Below are positions 19,232 through 28,751 of a stretch of 64,000 nucleotides of DNA, piece after piece. Numbering within the stretch: position 1 is the first letter of the stretch; each line of letters starts with the position of its first letter. The position numbers and the translations under genes were made by a program. The stretch is taken from contig DASZRG010000039.1 in assembly GCA_035549295.1 (NCBI GenBank), forward strand, positions 31-64,030, given 5' to 3'. Under the pieces are notes generated by a model, which saw only the letters and a list, made by a program, of their open reading frames with translations, did no database searches and was not told the DNA's origin. This DNA comes from Patescibacteria group bacterium (GTDB lineage Bacteria; Patescibacteriota; Microgenomatia; Levybacterales; GWA1-39-11).

Positions 19232-20863
19232 TTACTTCTGGTACCCAAGCGTCGGTTTGGTGTTTATGGTTTTAAGAAACTGTGGCTTGATCTCATAGAT
19301 ATCGGCAAACGGATAGTGATTGACAAGTGTATAATCCCCATTTTTATATGCCGCCGTTTTACTCACGAGCTTAAAAGTTTGGTCGTTATTGTCATTTGTA
19401 CGCATAACTATCCATCTAGCCCACCTGTCGGGAGCAGTTGTCGCACTTATCCAGTAGGCGCCCGTTCCTTCGTGTATAAATTTACTCATTGGCAAACCAG
19501 ATGAGAAGATAATAGCATCGTGGGATGCGGCAGAGATCAAAACAAATCCAGGCTTATTTTTAGCATTAGCAGCAAGCCACCCAGAAACCTCAGTAACGTT
19601 TTTCTGACTTGAACCAACTCTCGCATCGTCAATAGTTACTGCATCGGCATTCGCAAATGAAAAGTAAAGAACAAACGCAAGAAGCGCAATAACAATAATC
19701 TTTAATTTATCAATTTTTTGAGTAAGATAGCCTATAAATATGGCAATCGAAGGCATCATGAGAATGCCGTATCGAACATTAAACCAGGTGTTTCCTGATA
19801 AGCCCTGAATAAACAAAACTGATTGTCCAGCATAGAGGGCTATTACGTTAAAAACAAGAGGCACAAAGAGTGCTGTGGCCGCAATTTTTATGTCAGTTTT
19901 TATCTTCTTATCAAGCCACAAAAATGCCGCACCTATTACCGAAAGAACTGAAATAAACGCGTTTGAGTTATATGCAAGTGCAAAAAGATAAACTTTTATT
20001 GAAAATAATAGATCGCCTTTTGTAGGTAGATTTCCAGCCTCAGAAAGCTGCGATTGTTGAGTCGCAGCAGCATAAGGTCCAAAAATAAAGTATAGAGGAT
20101 CTTTGAAGATCAAAAGATTCCACAAGAACCAAAGAGCTATTCCAAGCCCTGCAAGCGTACAAAAAAGAATAACGGTCCCCTCAGCTGCTTTGTATCCCTT
20201 TTTACGGAAGACTTGCAAAGCGATTAGACCGCTTGAGAAAACGAACAAAAACCAACCATCATAACGAATAAGGGTTGCGAGCATAACAAAGAACGCTGCT
20301 TTTATAAGGTGGAGAGTGTCGTCATATTTGAACCATTTAAGAAGCTGGTATATAGACGCCGTCATAGTTGCAATGAGGAGAAGTTCTGTCATTGCGGTCG
20401 ACTGAAGGTAAAGGACATTTAAATTTGCAGCAAAAACAACTACTCCCACAACTCTACCTAGAATTCCCACTCCAAGCTCCTCCAAGAATTTATATATAAG
20501 AAGTCCCGTTGCGACAAAAGATATCATCGAAACAATCGCCCCAGATAAACCTGAATGCCACATAAAATCATTCCAGATAGTCAAAACCATTAGTATGTGC
20601 GGCAAAGGAAGCCACACTGATCCAAGCTGAGCAGCACCAGGTTTCAAACCTTCGACAACACGACGTCCTATATCAAGATGTGACCTTGCATCGTTATATG
20701 CGAGACCTAATCCGTTTTTCAAGAAGAATAAGTAGTAAAATGTTGCCGCTGACACTAGAAGAAAAAGCAAAGCTTCAAATGTATGCTTTTGGACAAACTT
20801 ATTAATCGTACCAATGGTACTTTTATTAAACTCAAACTCTGATAAAAATTTATTCATTTTCAT
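19232..20863 (-). CDS. GT-C fold (PMT/ArnT-like) membrane glycosyltransferase
   Basis: YNDARSH, VWLPLPH, MTE and RYDGW motifs; about 11 TMs. Confidence 0.75.
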   Translation of the reverse strand: MKMNKFLSEFEFNKSTIGTINKFVQKHTFEALLFLLVSAATFYYLFFLKNGLGLAYNDARSHLDIGRRVVEGLKPGAAQLGSVWLPLPHILMVLTIWNDFMWHSGLSGAIVSMISFVATGLLIYKFLEELGVGILGRVVGVVVFAANLNVLYLQSTAMTELLLIATMTASIYQLLKWFKYDDTLHLIKAAFFVMLATLIRYDGWFLFVFSSGLIALQVFRKKGYKAAEGTVILFCTLAGLGIALWFLWNLLIFKDPLYFIFGPYAAATQQSQLSEAGNLPTKGDLLFSIKVYLFALAYNSNAFISVLSVIGAAFLWLDKKIKTDIKIAATALFVPLVFNVIALYAGQSVLFIQGLSGNTWFNVRYGILMMPSIAIFIGYLTQKIDKLKIIVIALLAFVLYFSFANADAVTIDDARVGSSQKNVTEVSGWLAANAKNKPGFVLISAASHDAIIFSSGLPMSKFIHEGTGAYWISATTAPDRWARWIVMRTNDNNDQTFKLVSKTAAYKNGDYTLVNHYPFADIYEIKPQFLKTINTKPTLGYQK

Positions 20864-22334
20864 AATCTTTTTTAGGTGTAAAAATAAAATACGCACCTGC
20901 TGCAACAACCAAAGCTAAAATAACGAAGTAATAAGCGACGGCTGGGATGCTTTTTTGCAAAACAAAGTTATAGAAAAATGAGTCAAGCTCACCCTTCTGA
21001 AGCATTCGAATGTTGATTATGTACCACGAATCAAGATTGATATATCTAGCCTCAACGTAAGGTGGAATAACATTTGTTGTCAGGGGAGCAAGGAGCGAAA
21101 TAGCTGCGCTGTATGTAAAGACCACGATGTATATAATTTTTACTAAAAGATTTTTTGCAAAACGCTGCAGTCCAACCCCAGCAAGAATACAAAGCTCGGG
21201 AAGTACTGCGATCATATATCGAGATCCAAACGCCCATCCACCATATGGATCTCCAAACATTGAATAAAGGACAAGACAAGTTGCAGGTAGAGCGAGTAAT
21301 CCTGCCTCCTCCCATTTTTTACTTTTTTTCAGATACCCTACTCCAAAAATAAATAACAAAACAACTGGTGAGTAAACCAAGATCCCACGGTCATGACTAA
21401 CTGTGAAAGAAGTAAGTCCATTCAGCAAATTCCTAGTTCTCAATGCACCCGTCGCATCAGTTCCTGATTCAGGAGCTGAAAGGTCAGTATTTTTAAGATC
21501 TTTTACTCTTGGAATGGTATTACTAAATTTAAGAGGGCTTCCGAAATGAATATAGTTGTAGTAACCATAAACAGTCATGAGTGCAAGAAATATAATCGGC
21601 GCAAAGATTACAAACCAATTTATTTTTATCTTAAATTTCTCTTTAAACTCTGTAATATTTACCATCTTGAGTGTTGCAAGCCCAACGATAGGCAAGAATA
21701 TAAATAGATTTGGAAAATCGACAAATACCGCCATACTATACAAAAACCAAGCGAGAATAGCCTTTATTCCACGCTTTTTGTCATCAAGCGGCAACACGAC
21801 GAAAAGCCCCAATAAGAGTAGAAATGCTGAAACTAAATGCGCATATAACGTAACCGAATAACCCCACGCGTTTGTTGCAAACCCAAATGCTACTGCTGCA
21901 AATGCTGATATGCTCCAGTGCAAACCAAGTCTCTTTGAGAACAGAAATATCATAATAATTGTCAAAAAGGAGAATATCGTTGAAATTGAAAAAGTGAATA
22001 TCTGAGCTGCTCCAAGTTGAGTTCCCAGAATATACAAAGGAATGGCCATCATAGATACGGCAGGCGGGAAAAAAGAGTAATAGTGACCTTTTAATGCACC
22101 AATGTCAGGCGTTCCCATTGAGGCATAGTTGTCTATCGCAAAAGAATGGTCATTGATAAGTGATAAAATTATTGCGTATCTAGACCTCTCCTGGGACGTT
22201 TCAAAAGCTTGACCAGAAGAATTCTCCTCAAACTCAATTTGATGCGGCGTAGGATTACCTGCTTGTCCACGAAAAGTAAGCGCAAATAAAAACAACGAAA
22301 ATACAACTAAAAATGGAAAAATATACTTTTTCAT
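20850..22334 (-). CDS. GT-C-like integral membrane protein
   Basis: YYSFFPP, RGILVYSP, GGWAFGSRY; multi-TM. Confidence 0.7.
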   Translation of the reverse strand: MKKYIFPFLVVFSLFLFALTFRGQAGNPTPHQIEFEENSSGQAFETSQERSRYAIILSLINDHSFAIDNYASMGTPDIGALKGHYYSFFPPAVSMMAIPLYILGTQLGAAQIFTFSISTIFSFLTIIMIFLFSKRLGLHWSISAFAAVAFGFATNAWGYSVTLYAHLVSAFLLLLGLFVVLPLDDKKRGIKAILAWFLYSMAVFVDFPNLFIFLPIVGLATLKMVNITEFKEKFKIKINWFVIFAPIIFLALMTVYGYYNYIHFGSPLKFSNTIPRVKDLKNTDLSAPESGTDATGALRTRNLLNGLTSFTVSHDRGILVYSPVVLLFIFGVGYLKKSKKWEEAGLLALPATCLVLYSMFGDPYGGWAFGSRYMIAVLPELCILAGVGLQRFAKNLLVKIIYIVVFTYSAAISLLAPLTTNVIPPYVEARYINLDSWYIINIRMLQKGELDSFFYNFVLQKSIPAVAYYFVILALVVAAGAYFIFTPKKDYENE

Positions 22335-22336
22335 AT

Positions 22337-24118
22337 TTATGCAAAAGAACTTTTCAACTTTAATAATCTCATAAAATTACTATTGAAGAGAAGTCCCAAA
22401 TCTGATATCAAAGTTTGAAACTGGCGAGTATCAACTCTGCCTTCAATACAAATTCTATCGATCGTAAATTTGTCAGCATCTGACACTTGTCCACCATCCG
22501 TTGAAAATGCCGCTTCAAATCCAGCTTTCTTAACTACTTCTTTTACCTGGTCTGTATACTCACCCATAGGATACGCAAAGTATTTGAGTTTAAAACCAAG
22601 CTTTTTTTCAAGTCTTTTTTTGCCATCAATTATCTCTGATTTGAGTGCGGCAGCAGATAATGCCGAGAGCTTCGCGTGCGTGCTTGAATGGAAACCCACT
22701 TCCCACCCCATAGATTTAATCTTCCTCATATCCTCAATGGACATAAGCTCTTTTGTGTTTGCAAGAGTCTCTCGATTCGGCTCCTCGCTCGCTCCGAGGA
22801 CGAAGATCGTCCCGACAACACCTTCCTTTTTCATAATAGGGAGGGCGTCTGTCATGAAATCACGATATCCATCGTCAAATGTAATAGCTATGTTTTTGGT
22901 ATTATTTGGTTCATTAAGCATCTGATCAAGACTTACAATGTCTCGCATTTTTTTGATATATGCTATTTGCTTTTTAAAATTGTCTTCATTAACCGAATAC
23001 CTCCAACTATCATTGCTAATTGAATGGTAGCAAAGAATCGCAGGCTGCTCTGAAGCCTTTGACTTAAGAAGATTGTTGAGAAAACTTAAAACATTTAGAC
23101 CGCCAAAATAAATTTTTTCACCAAAGGTTGTTTTGTTAATAACTCCAAGATCAACTGCAACAGATTCCATATGCTTTTTAAGGAAGTTTTCCGCCTCGAT
23201 ATAATCTGGGTCGTTTTTTGCTCTAATCGCCATCATTTGAATAGCGTAATAGATAGATAGAGCGACAAATTTTTTCTTTTCTTGAGGTTTATCAAAAAAG
23301 CTACCGAATAGCTCGACCAAAGTTTTATGAGGTAATTCTTCAGAAAAGTATCGAACTGAATGAGCTGCATCTGTTTCAGGATCTGCTAGAACACAAATTT
23401 CAGGGTCAATAACATAAGCTTTTTTTCCTTTTATCAAAATATTTTGTGAATGTAGGTCTTTATGAGCTAAAATGTATTGCGTTCTAAATATAGAAGAATT
23501 TGCATATAGGCTCAAAAAACTACGCAAGTAAGAAAAATAACTCTTTATATTTTTAAAATCTCGCAATGTAACAAGCGTCAAGAATACTGGAAACGTCAAA
23601 GTTATTTGTAGTGAAGATCTCTTCGGAAGTTTTCTTAGCGTTTCAGAGGGTATATTTTTTGAGATATTTTTAAAGTCCTCGAGTATTCCTTTTATTGTTA
23701 CAACTTTTACCTTTTCGCTTACTTTGACAAGCGGTGTACCGTCAATTAACTCTGTCACAAGATGCAGGCTCGCAATGTTTGAGATAAATTCAAGAACTTT
23801 TGGAAAGGCTACTGTTTTTTTACCAGGTAGATTAGATAGTAGCTTGAGCATGTTACCTTCATTTAAAAGCTGTTCGTAAGCAAGATTTTTAGCACCAAAT
23901 TCAACAGTTTTTATAATAGCTTTTTTATTTTTTTTAGAACTAAATACTCCAACCGAAGTCCAACTTTCATCATTCTGCGCTTTTATAAGGTTGACAAGCT
24001 TATACCCGGCAACGCGATTAACATCTGAGGGTCTAGGGCTCTTCTTGAAAAGTCTTTCGTAAGCACCCATTATGCTACCTTTTAAGTAGTATTTTGCTGT
24101 TAAAAAATGCTCTTCCAT
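22337..24118 (-). CDS. Phosphotransferase (APH/kinase-like) fused to a CE4 polysaccharide deacetylase
   Basis: HKDLHSQNIL...IDPE; ILCYH, ITFDDGY, GFHSSTH, FAYPMG; start set 1 nt after the upstream stop. Confidence 0.8.
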   Translation of the reverse strand: MEEHFLTAKYYLKGSIMGAYERLFKKSPRPSDVNRVAGYKLVNLIKAQNDESWTSVGVFSSKKNKKAIIKTVEFGAKNLAYEQLLNEGNMLKLLSNLPGKKTVAFPKVLEFISNIASLHLVTELIDGTPLVKVSEKVKVVTIKGILEDFKNISKNIPSETLRKLPKRSSLQITLTFPVFLTLVTLRDFKNIKSYFSYLRSFLSLYANSSIFRTQYILAHKDLHSQNILIKGKKAYVIDPEICVLADPETDAAHSVRYFSEELPHKTLVELFGSFFDKPQEKKKFVALSIYYAIQMMAIRAKNDPDYIEAENFLKKHMESVAVDLGVINKTTFGEKIYFGGLNVLSFLNNLLKSKASEQPAILCYHSISNDSWRYSVNEDNFKKQIAYIKKMRDIVSLDQMLNEPNNTKNIAITFDDGYRDFMTDALPIMKKEGVVGTIFVLGASEEPNRETLANTKELMSIEDMRKIKSMGWEVGFHSSTHAKLSALSAAALKSEIIDGKKRLEKKLGFKLKYFAYPMGEYTDQVKEVVKKAGFEAAFSTDGGQVSDADKFTIDRICIEGRVDTRQFQTLISDLGLLFNSNFMRLLKLKSSFA

Positions 24119-24119
24119 A

Positions 24120-25013
24120 TTATTTGGTACTTGAGATCTGTGACCATGAACCACCTATTTTTCGTGGGCTTATAAATGAGACTAAATGCACATAAACTTG
24201 CACAAGTAAATATGCGAGAGAAACAATTAGATCTTTATTAAAGTAGATCATAAGAGTTCGAATTTTTTGGACAACTGTGAAGTGCGGACGCTTGTTTGGC
24301 AGAAAATCTAGCTCTTGATCTGATATATGACGCGATAAATAGCGACTCATTTGTTTTACATAATCTTTTAAATTTGCGGGTAACGAAAAATATACAACAG
24401 CACCCTTTTCAAACCCTATTCGTTTTCCAAGACTTTTTGCATAAAGGTAGTAAAACTCGTCATGCATATAGTTATATTTTTTAATTCTTGCTTCTGGGAA
24501 ATCTGCAATTCTGAGTATAATAACTGGGTCTGAACTTCGAAAAAACATTTGGTCTACTTTTGCTTTTTGCACCATATCTTCCCAGACATAAAACCCTAAC
24601 TGGCCAATTTTTTGTGCCAAGTTTTCAGCTTTTATAGGCTTTGCGAAGCCAGATACGGCAATCAGTTGGTTATTTGCTGTAATTTTTTTGAACAGCTTTG
24701 AAACAATTAAGTTCGATTTTATTTGAAGGTCTGCATCCAAAATTACCAAGAAGCTATATTTTTCGGTTTTTGCCTTTGAGATTAAGGCTTTGATTGCGGC
24801 GGTTTTGCCAACCTGTTTTTTTGATTCGATAACCTCAACGTATTTATTTTTGATATTTTTTATAATCTCAACTGATTTATCACGACTTCCATCCGAAAAA
24901 ACAGCAATTCTCCTATCAAAATTGCCCTTCTGGGAAAGCGCAGACATCACAACGCTCTCGATCGAACGTTCTTCGTTGTAGGCTGGAATTCCAATTAAAA
25001 TTCTTTTTTTCAT
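24120..25013 (-). CDS. Glycosyltransferase family 2
   Basis: IPAYNEE, DGSRD, LDAD. Confidence 0.85.
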   Translation of the reverse strand: MKKRILIGIPAYNEERSIESVVMSALSQKGNFDRRIAVFSDGSRDKSVEIIKNIKNKYVEVIESKKQVGKTAAIKALISKAKTEKYSFLVILDADLQIKSNLIVSKLFKKITANNQLIAVSGFAKPIKAENLAQKIGQLGFYVWEDMVQKAKVDQMFFRSSDPVIILRIADFPEARIKKYNYMHDEFYYLYAKSLGKRIGFEKGAVVYFSLPANLKDYVKQMSRYLSRHISDQELDFLPNKRPHFTVVQKIRTLMIYFNKDLIVSLAYLLVQVYVHLVSFISPRKIGGSWSQISSTK

Positions 25014-25019
25014 AACGAG

Positions 25020-25628
25020 CTAAATTGATGCAGATAAATTAGAAATTCTGTTGAAAAATATCATTCTCTGCCTCACGTATTGCCTAACAGACGAACCATT
25101 GAGTTTCTTTTTCATTTCCACATACTCCCTAAGCAACTTATTATTTGACTTTATTAGCTGATCTTGCTTTATCGTACTTGAAAAGCTTCTCAGGGATGGA
25201 TCAGCAAGCAAAACTTCTACTTTTATGTTATTTCGCATGAATTTCCACTCAACAAATCGTTTTCTTTCTTTTGTCGGTTCTCCAAACAGCTTACTAAGCT
25301 TAGGTGTATACTTTTCAAACTTTTGCGGTGGGCAAGCGATCAAGAGGTCCACATCATTAAGGCCAAGTATTTTATAACTGGCTGAGCCAACAAAATACAC
25401 TTTTAGAGTTGGTGTTATGTGCTTAATTTTAGCTATAATCTTCTGACCCGTTGTTGATAAATCTTTTCTGAAAGGCTTCATTACAACACGTCGCTTATTC
25501 GAATACGTATATAGATATAAATAATCTTTTGGAGATTCACATAAAAGTTTAAGATCAACCGCCACGTACTTAGCCAAGCTATTGAATCGTCTAATTATTT
25601 TTGAAGTAAAGCCTGCGATATTTTTCAT
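25020..25628 (-). CDS. GrpB/UPF0157-like nucleotidyltransferase-fold protein
   Basis: FVGSAS...GLNDVDLLI; EY..MKK.L...Y...R..F tail. Confidence 0.6.
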   Translation of the reverse strand: MKNIAGFTSKIIRRFNSLAKYVAVDLKLLCESPKDYLYLYTYSNKRRVVMKPFRKDLSTTGQKIIAKIKHITPTLKVYFVGSASYKILGLNDVDLLIACPPQKFEKYTPKLSKLFGEPTKERKRFVEWKFMRNNIKVEVLLADPSLRSFSSTIKQDQLIKSNNKLLREYVEMKKKLNGSSVRQYVRQRMIFFNRISNLSASI

Positions 25629-25632
25629 AAGC

Positions 25633-27633
25633 TTAAATCTCCACGATAACTTTCGTGCTCGTTGCAATCTCCCACATTCCATATGAATTTAAGCTGTCTG
25701 TGTATGGAGTGATTTTTAATATTAGGTTTAGCGCTACTGCCAAAGGTACATAGACTGGGTTTTTGAAAAGTGTTTTAAAAAGTCCTCGTAGCTTGTACAC
25801 CATTGAGATGTCGTGCAACTTCTCTACATCTTCACCAAAATATTCAACAAGTACGTCGCGTTCATTAAGAAACCTCTTGCCTTGCAATACAACTTCGCGC
25901 ACGTTTTCCGGTGTTTTAAAGAGAATTGAAACATTTTTAAGGAATCTAAATCCATTTTTCTCTTTCGCTTTTACATATAGATATTCTTCATCGCAGGTAA
26001 TATCTGAAGGATAAATGAAAGATTTTGAAAACTTTTTTCTTAGCATGCTCGCTCCTCCATAAAGGTTTGCGATATGATCCCCGCCGTTTATATCTTCCCT
26101 TGTATTATTCCAGAGCAAATTGTTCGCATAGATTATGCGACCCATCACGCTTTTTGCCTTAGCGGGAATAAAATTGCCTGCTGCAACTTGTGCTTTTTTA
26201 TCTTTTAAAAACACTTCAACCATTTTACCGAGTGTTTCCTCGTCCCTTAAATAAACATCGGCGTCAAAAGTTGCGAGCAAATCACTTTTGTTTATTTTGT
26301 AGATTTCATTTAAGCGGTGCGGCTTCCCACGCCTTACTATTCCCCCCATTACTTTTATTCGCTTATCACTTTTTGCGAGTTTCTTTGCAACCGACAAGGT
26401 TTTATCACTCGACCCGTCAATATTTATATAAATTCTTTCAAGTCTGAAATTTGAATTTTTCTGCTTTTTAATTGAAGCGATTAATTTCGACAAGTTACCC
26501 TCTTCGTTATATGCTGGAATGCCAACGCTTACAGAAACTGTATTTGACTTTATCGTATCTAAAATAACGTTTACTATCTTTCTGATTGTTTCCATGTTTA
26601 TGTCGTGAAACATAGGAAGACAGAGGATCCTCTTTGCAACTGATTCAGAAACAGGACAAGCTACATACTCAACATAAGGCATAGTGTTAAGTGATGGATA
26701 GAAATACCTTCTTGGAAATATGTTTTCTGCTTCAAGAGCTTTCTTAACAAGAAGAAGCTCTTCTTCACTTTTAAAAACAACTGGGAAATATGAGTAATTG
26801 TAAATAACGCTATTCAAATACTTAATTTCGTGAAGACCACTGTCCTTAAGAAGCCTTTTATACTCGTCGTACGCACGATTTCTAACCTCACGTATGGCAG
26901 GTACATATTTTAGGTTAGCAAGACCCATTGCAGCGTGCATTTCAGAGTTTTTAGCATTAATACCAAGTTCTGTTGGAAAACCTTCACGAGAAAGCCCAAA
27001 ATCACGCATTCTACGCACTTTCTTGGCGACTTTGTCGTTATCTGTTATTACAAATCCTCCCTCAACTGTGTGGAACAATTTTGTTGCATGAAGACTCAGC
27101 GTTGAAACATCACCGTATTTAAATATTGATCTGCCGTTAATTTTTACCCCAAACGCATGTGCCGCATCGTATATAACCTTGAGATTGTGCTTTTTAGCTA
27201 TTTTTTCAATTTTTTCAACGTTACAGGGATATCCAAACACGTGCACCGCAAGAATAGCTGTTGTTTCAGGCGTTATAGCAGCTTCAATCTTTTCCTCATC
27301 AATTGTAAGATCGTCTTCTTTGATGTCGACAAAAACAGGCTTACAATTCTCCCATACAATTGATGTAGTAGTCGCAGCAAATGTAAAAGGTGTAGTTATG
27401 ATTTCTCCACGAAGATCAAGCGCGCGTATTGCAAGTTGTATTGCAACTGTACCGTTTGTAACAAAAAAAGCATGTTTAACTTTTAGGAGCTTTTTGATGT
27501 TATTTTCAAGCTCCTGCGCGAGCACTCCGTGATTTGTAATCCAGCGAGATTCCCATGCACGCTTTAAAATCTTTTCGTACTCCTCAAAAGGTGGAAGAAA
27601 GGTCCTTGTAACTAATACTTTTTTACTTTGCAT
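25633..27633 (-). CDS. DegT/DnrJ/EryC1 sugar aminotransferase fused to a C-terminal GT2
   Basis: NGT.A, YDAAHAFG, SLHATKLF (PLP Lys), RRYFYP, LCLP; then IPAYNEE, DGSSD, FDADV. Confidence 0.88.
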   Translation of the reverse strand: MQSKKVLVTRTFLPPFEEYEKILKRAWESRWITNHGVLAQELENNIKKLLKVKHAFFVTNGTVAIQLAIRALDLRGEIITTPFTFAATTTSIVWENCKPVFVDIKEDDLTIDEEKIEAAITPETTAILAVHVFGYPCNVEKIEKIAKKHNLKVIYDAAHAFGVKINGRSIFKYGDVSTLSLHATKLFHTVEGGFVITDNDKVAKKVRRMRDFGLSREGFPTELGINAKNSEMHAAMGLANLKYVPAIREVRNRAYDEYKRLLKDSGLHEIKYLNSVIYNYSYFPVVFKSEEELLLVKKALEAENIFPRRYFYPSLNTMPYVEYVACPVSESVAKRILCLPMFHDINMETIRKIVNVILDTIKSNTVSVSVGIPAYNEEGNLSKLIASIKKQKNSNFRLERIYINIDGSSDKTLSVAKKLAKSDKRIKVMGGIVRRGKPHRLNEIYKINKSDLLATFDADVYLRDEETLGKMVEVFLKDKKAQVAAGNFIPAKAKSVMGRIIYANNLLWNNTREDINGGDHIANLYGGASMLRKKFSKSFIYPSDITCDEEYLYVKAKEKNGFRFLKNVSILFKTPENVREVVLQGKRFLNERDVLVEYFGEDVEKLHDISMVYKLRGLFKTLFKNPVYVPLAVALNLILKITPYTDSLNSYGMWEIATSTKVIVEI

Positions 27634-28750
27634 AAGAAGCCTCCTTTTTTAGAACCATGTAGAAAAATTCTTCAAATTCGCTTGCAACGCGTGACCATGT
27701 GAACTTTGCAGCGTATCGACGAGCTTCTTTTCCGAGCTTGCCGTTTTGGTTTTTTTTGACTGCATCAAGCAACAGGCTTGCATACTCGTTTACATTGAAA
27801 GCTTTAGCCTTTGATGCAACATTGTCGCCTGTCCAAGAAATTCCTGGTATATCAAACGCAACGAGTGGAAGCTGTGAAGCCAAAGCTTCTAGTGCAAAAC
27901 ATGAAAATGTTTCATTTCTTGAAGGAAAAGCAACAAAAAGTGATTCTGACAAATATGCGGCTTTTTTGTCACCATAAGTTGGACCGACCATCGAAACTTT
28001 ATTTTCGAGTTTCAATTTCTTAATAAGTTCGGCAACCTTCTTCTCATCGGGACCATTTCCTGCTATAACAAGCGGATATTTAACTTTGTTTGCTATTTTT
28101 GCATAAGCATGGAGAAGCAGATCGATTCCTTTTTGATCCATATCAAGTCTGCCGAGAAAAAGAATATGCTTTGAGCGCTTTTTCTTTATTTTGAAGAATT
28201 CTTCACCGACACCTTCTGGTATAACTGTTGAGATAACTTTTGGGTTGGAAACCTTCATTTTCTTTTCAAAAAATATAGTCAACGCTACAAAATATTTGTA
28301 AAAACGAAGCCCAAAACGCTCGACTAGATAAAATGGAAGGTGGTACATTTTTGAAAAACGATCCGCTTCAAAAGACGTTGAAAGACCAACGACAGGAATA
28401 TTTGTAAACAAAGGCGAAAGAAGCGTTGAAACAGGAGCCGTAAAGCACTCGAGAATAACATCTACATTTTTGAGGCTTGTTACGGCAAGCGGTGCAGCAG
28501 CAAGATATGCGAAATTATTTACCTTAATGTTGCCCGTGCCAATACCGATATGCTTGTAATAAATTCCATTCTCAAATCTATCCTTATACCCTGGGTACTT
28601 TGAGCAAAGGACTGTGACTTTGTGTCCTTTCTCAACCAGACGACCACCAACCTCATAAGTTGCCCTTGCTTGGCCACCGTTAAGTATTGGATTTTTAACA
28701 TCATCAAGATCCAAAAACACAATATGCAGTCTTTTATTTATTTTCTTCAT
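27623..28750 (-). CDS. Glycosyltransferase family 4
   Basis: LFLGRL...KG, PSRNETFSCFALEALA. Confidence 0.88.
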   Translation of the reverse strand: MKKINKRLHIVFLDLDDVKNPILNGGQARATYEVGGRLVEKGHKVTVLCSKYPGYKDRFENGIYYKHIGIGTGNIKVNNFAYLAAAPLAVTSLKNVDVILECFTAPVSTLLSPLFTNIPVVGLSTSFEADRFSKMYHLPFYLVERFGLRFYKYFVALTIFFEKKMKVSNPKVISTVIPEGVGEEFFKIKKKRSKHILFLGRLDMDQKGIDLLLHAYAKIANKVKYPLVIAGNGPDEKKVAELIKKLKLENKVSMVGPTYGDKKAAYLSESLFVAFPSRNETFSCFALEALASQLPLVAFDIPGISWTGDNVASKAKAFNVNEYASLLLDAVKKNQNGKLGKEARRYAAKFTWSRVASEFEEFFYMVLKKEASYAK

Positions 28751-28751
28751 A

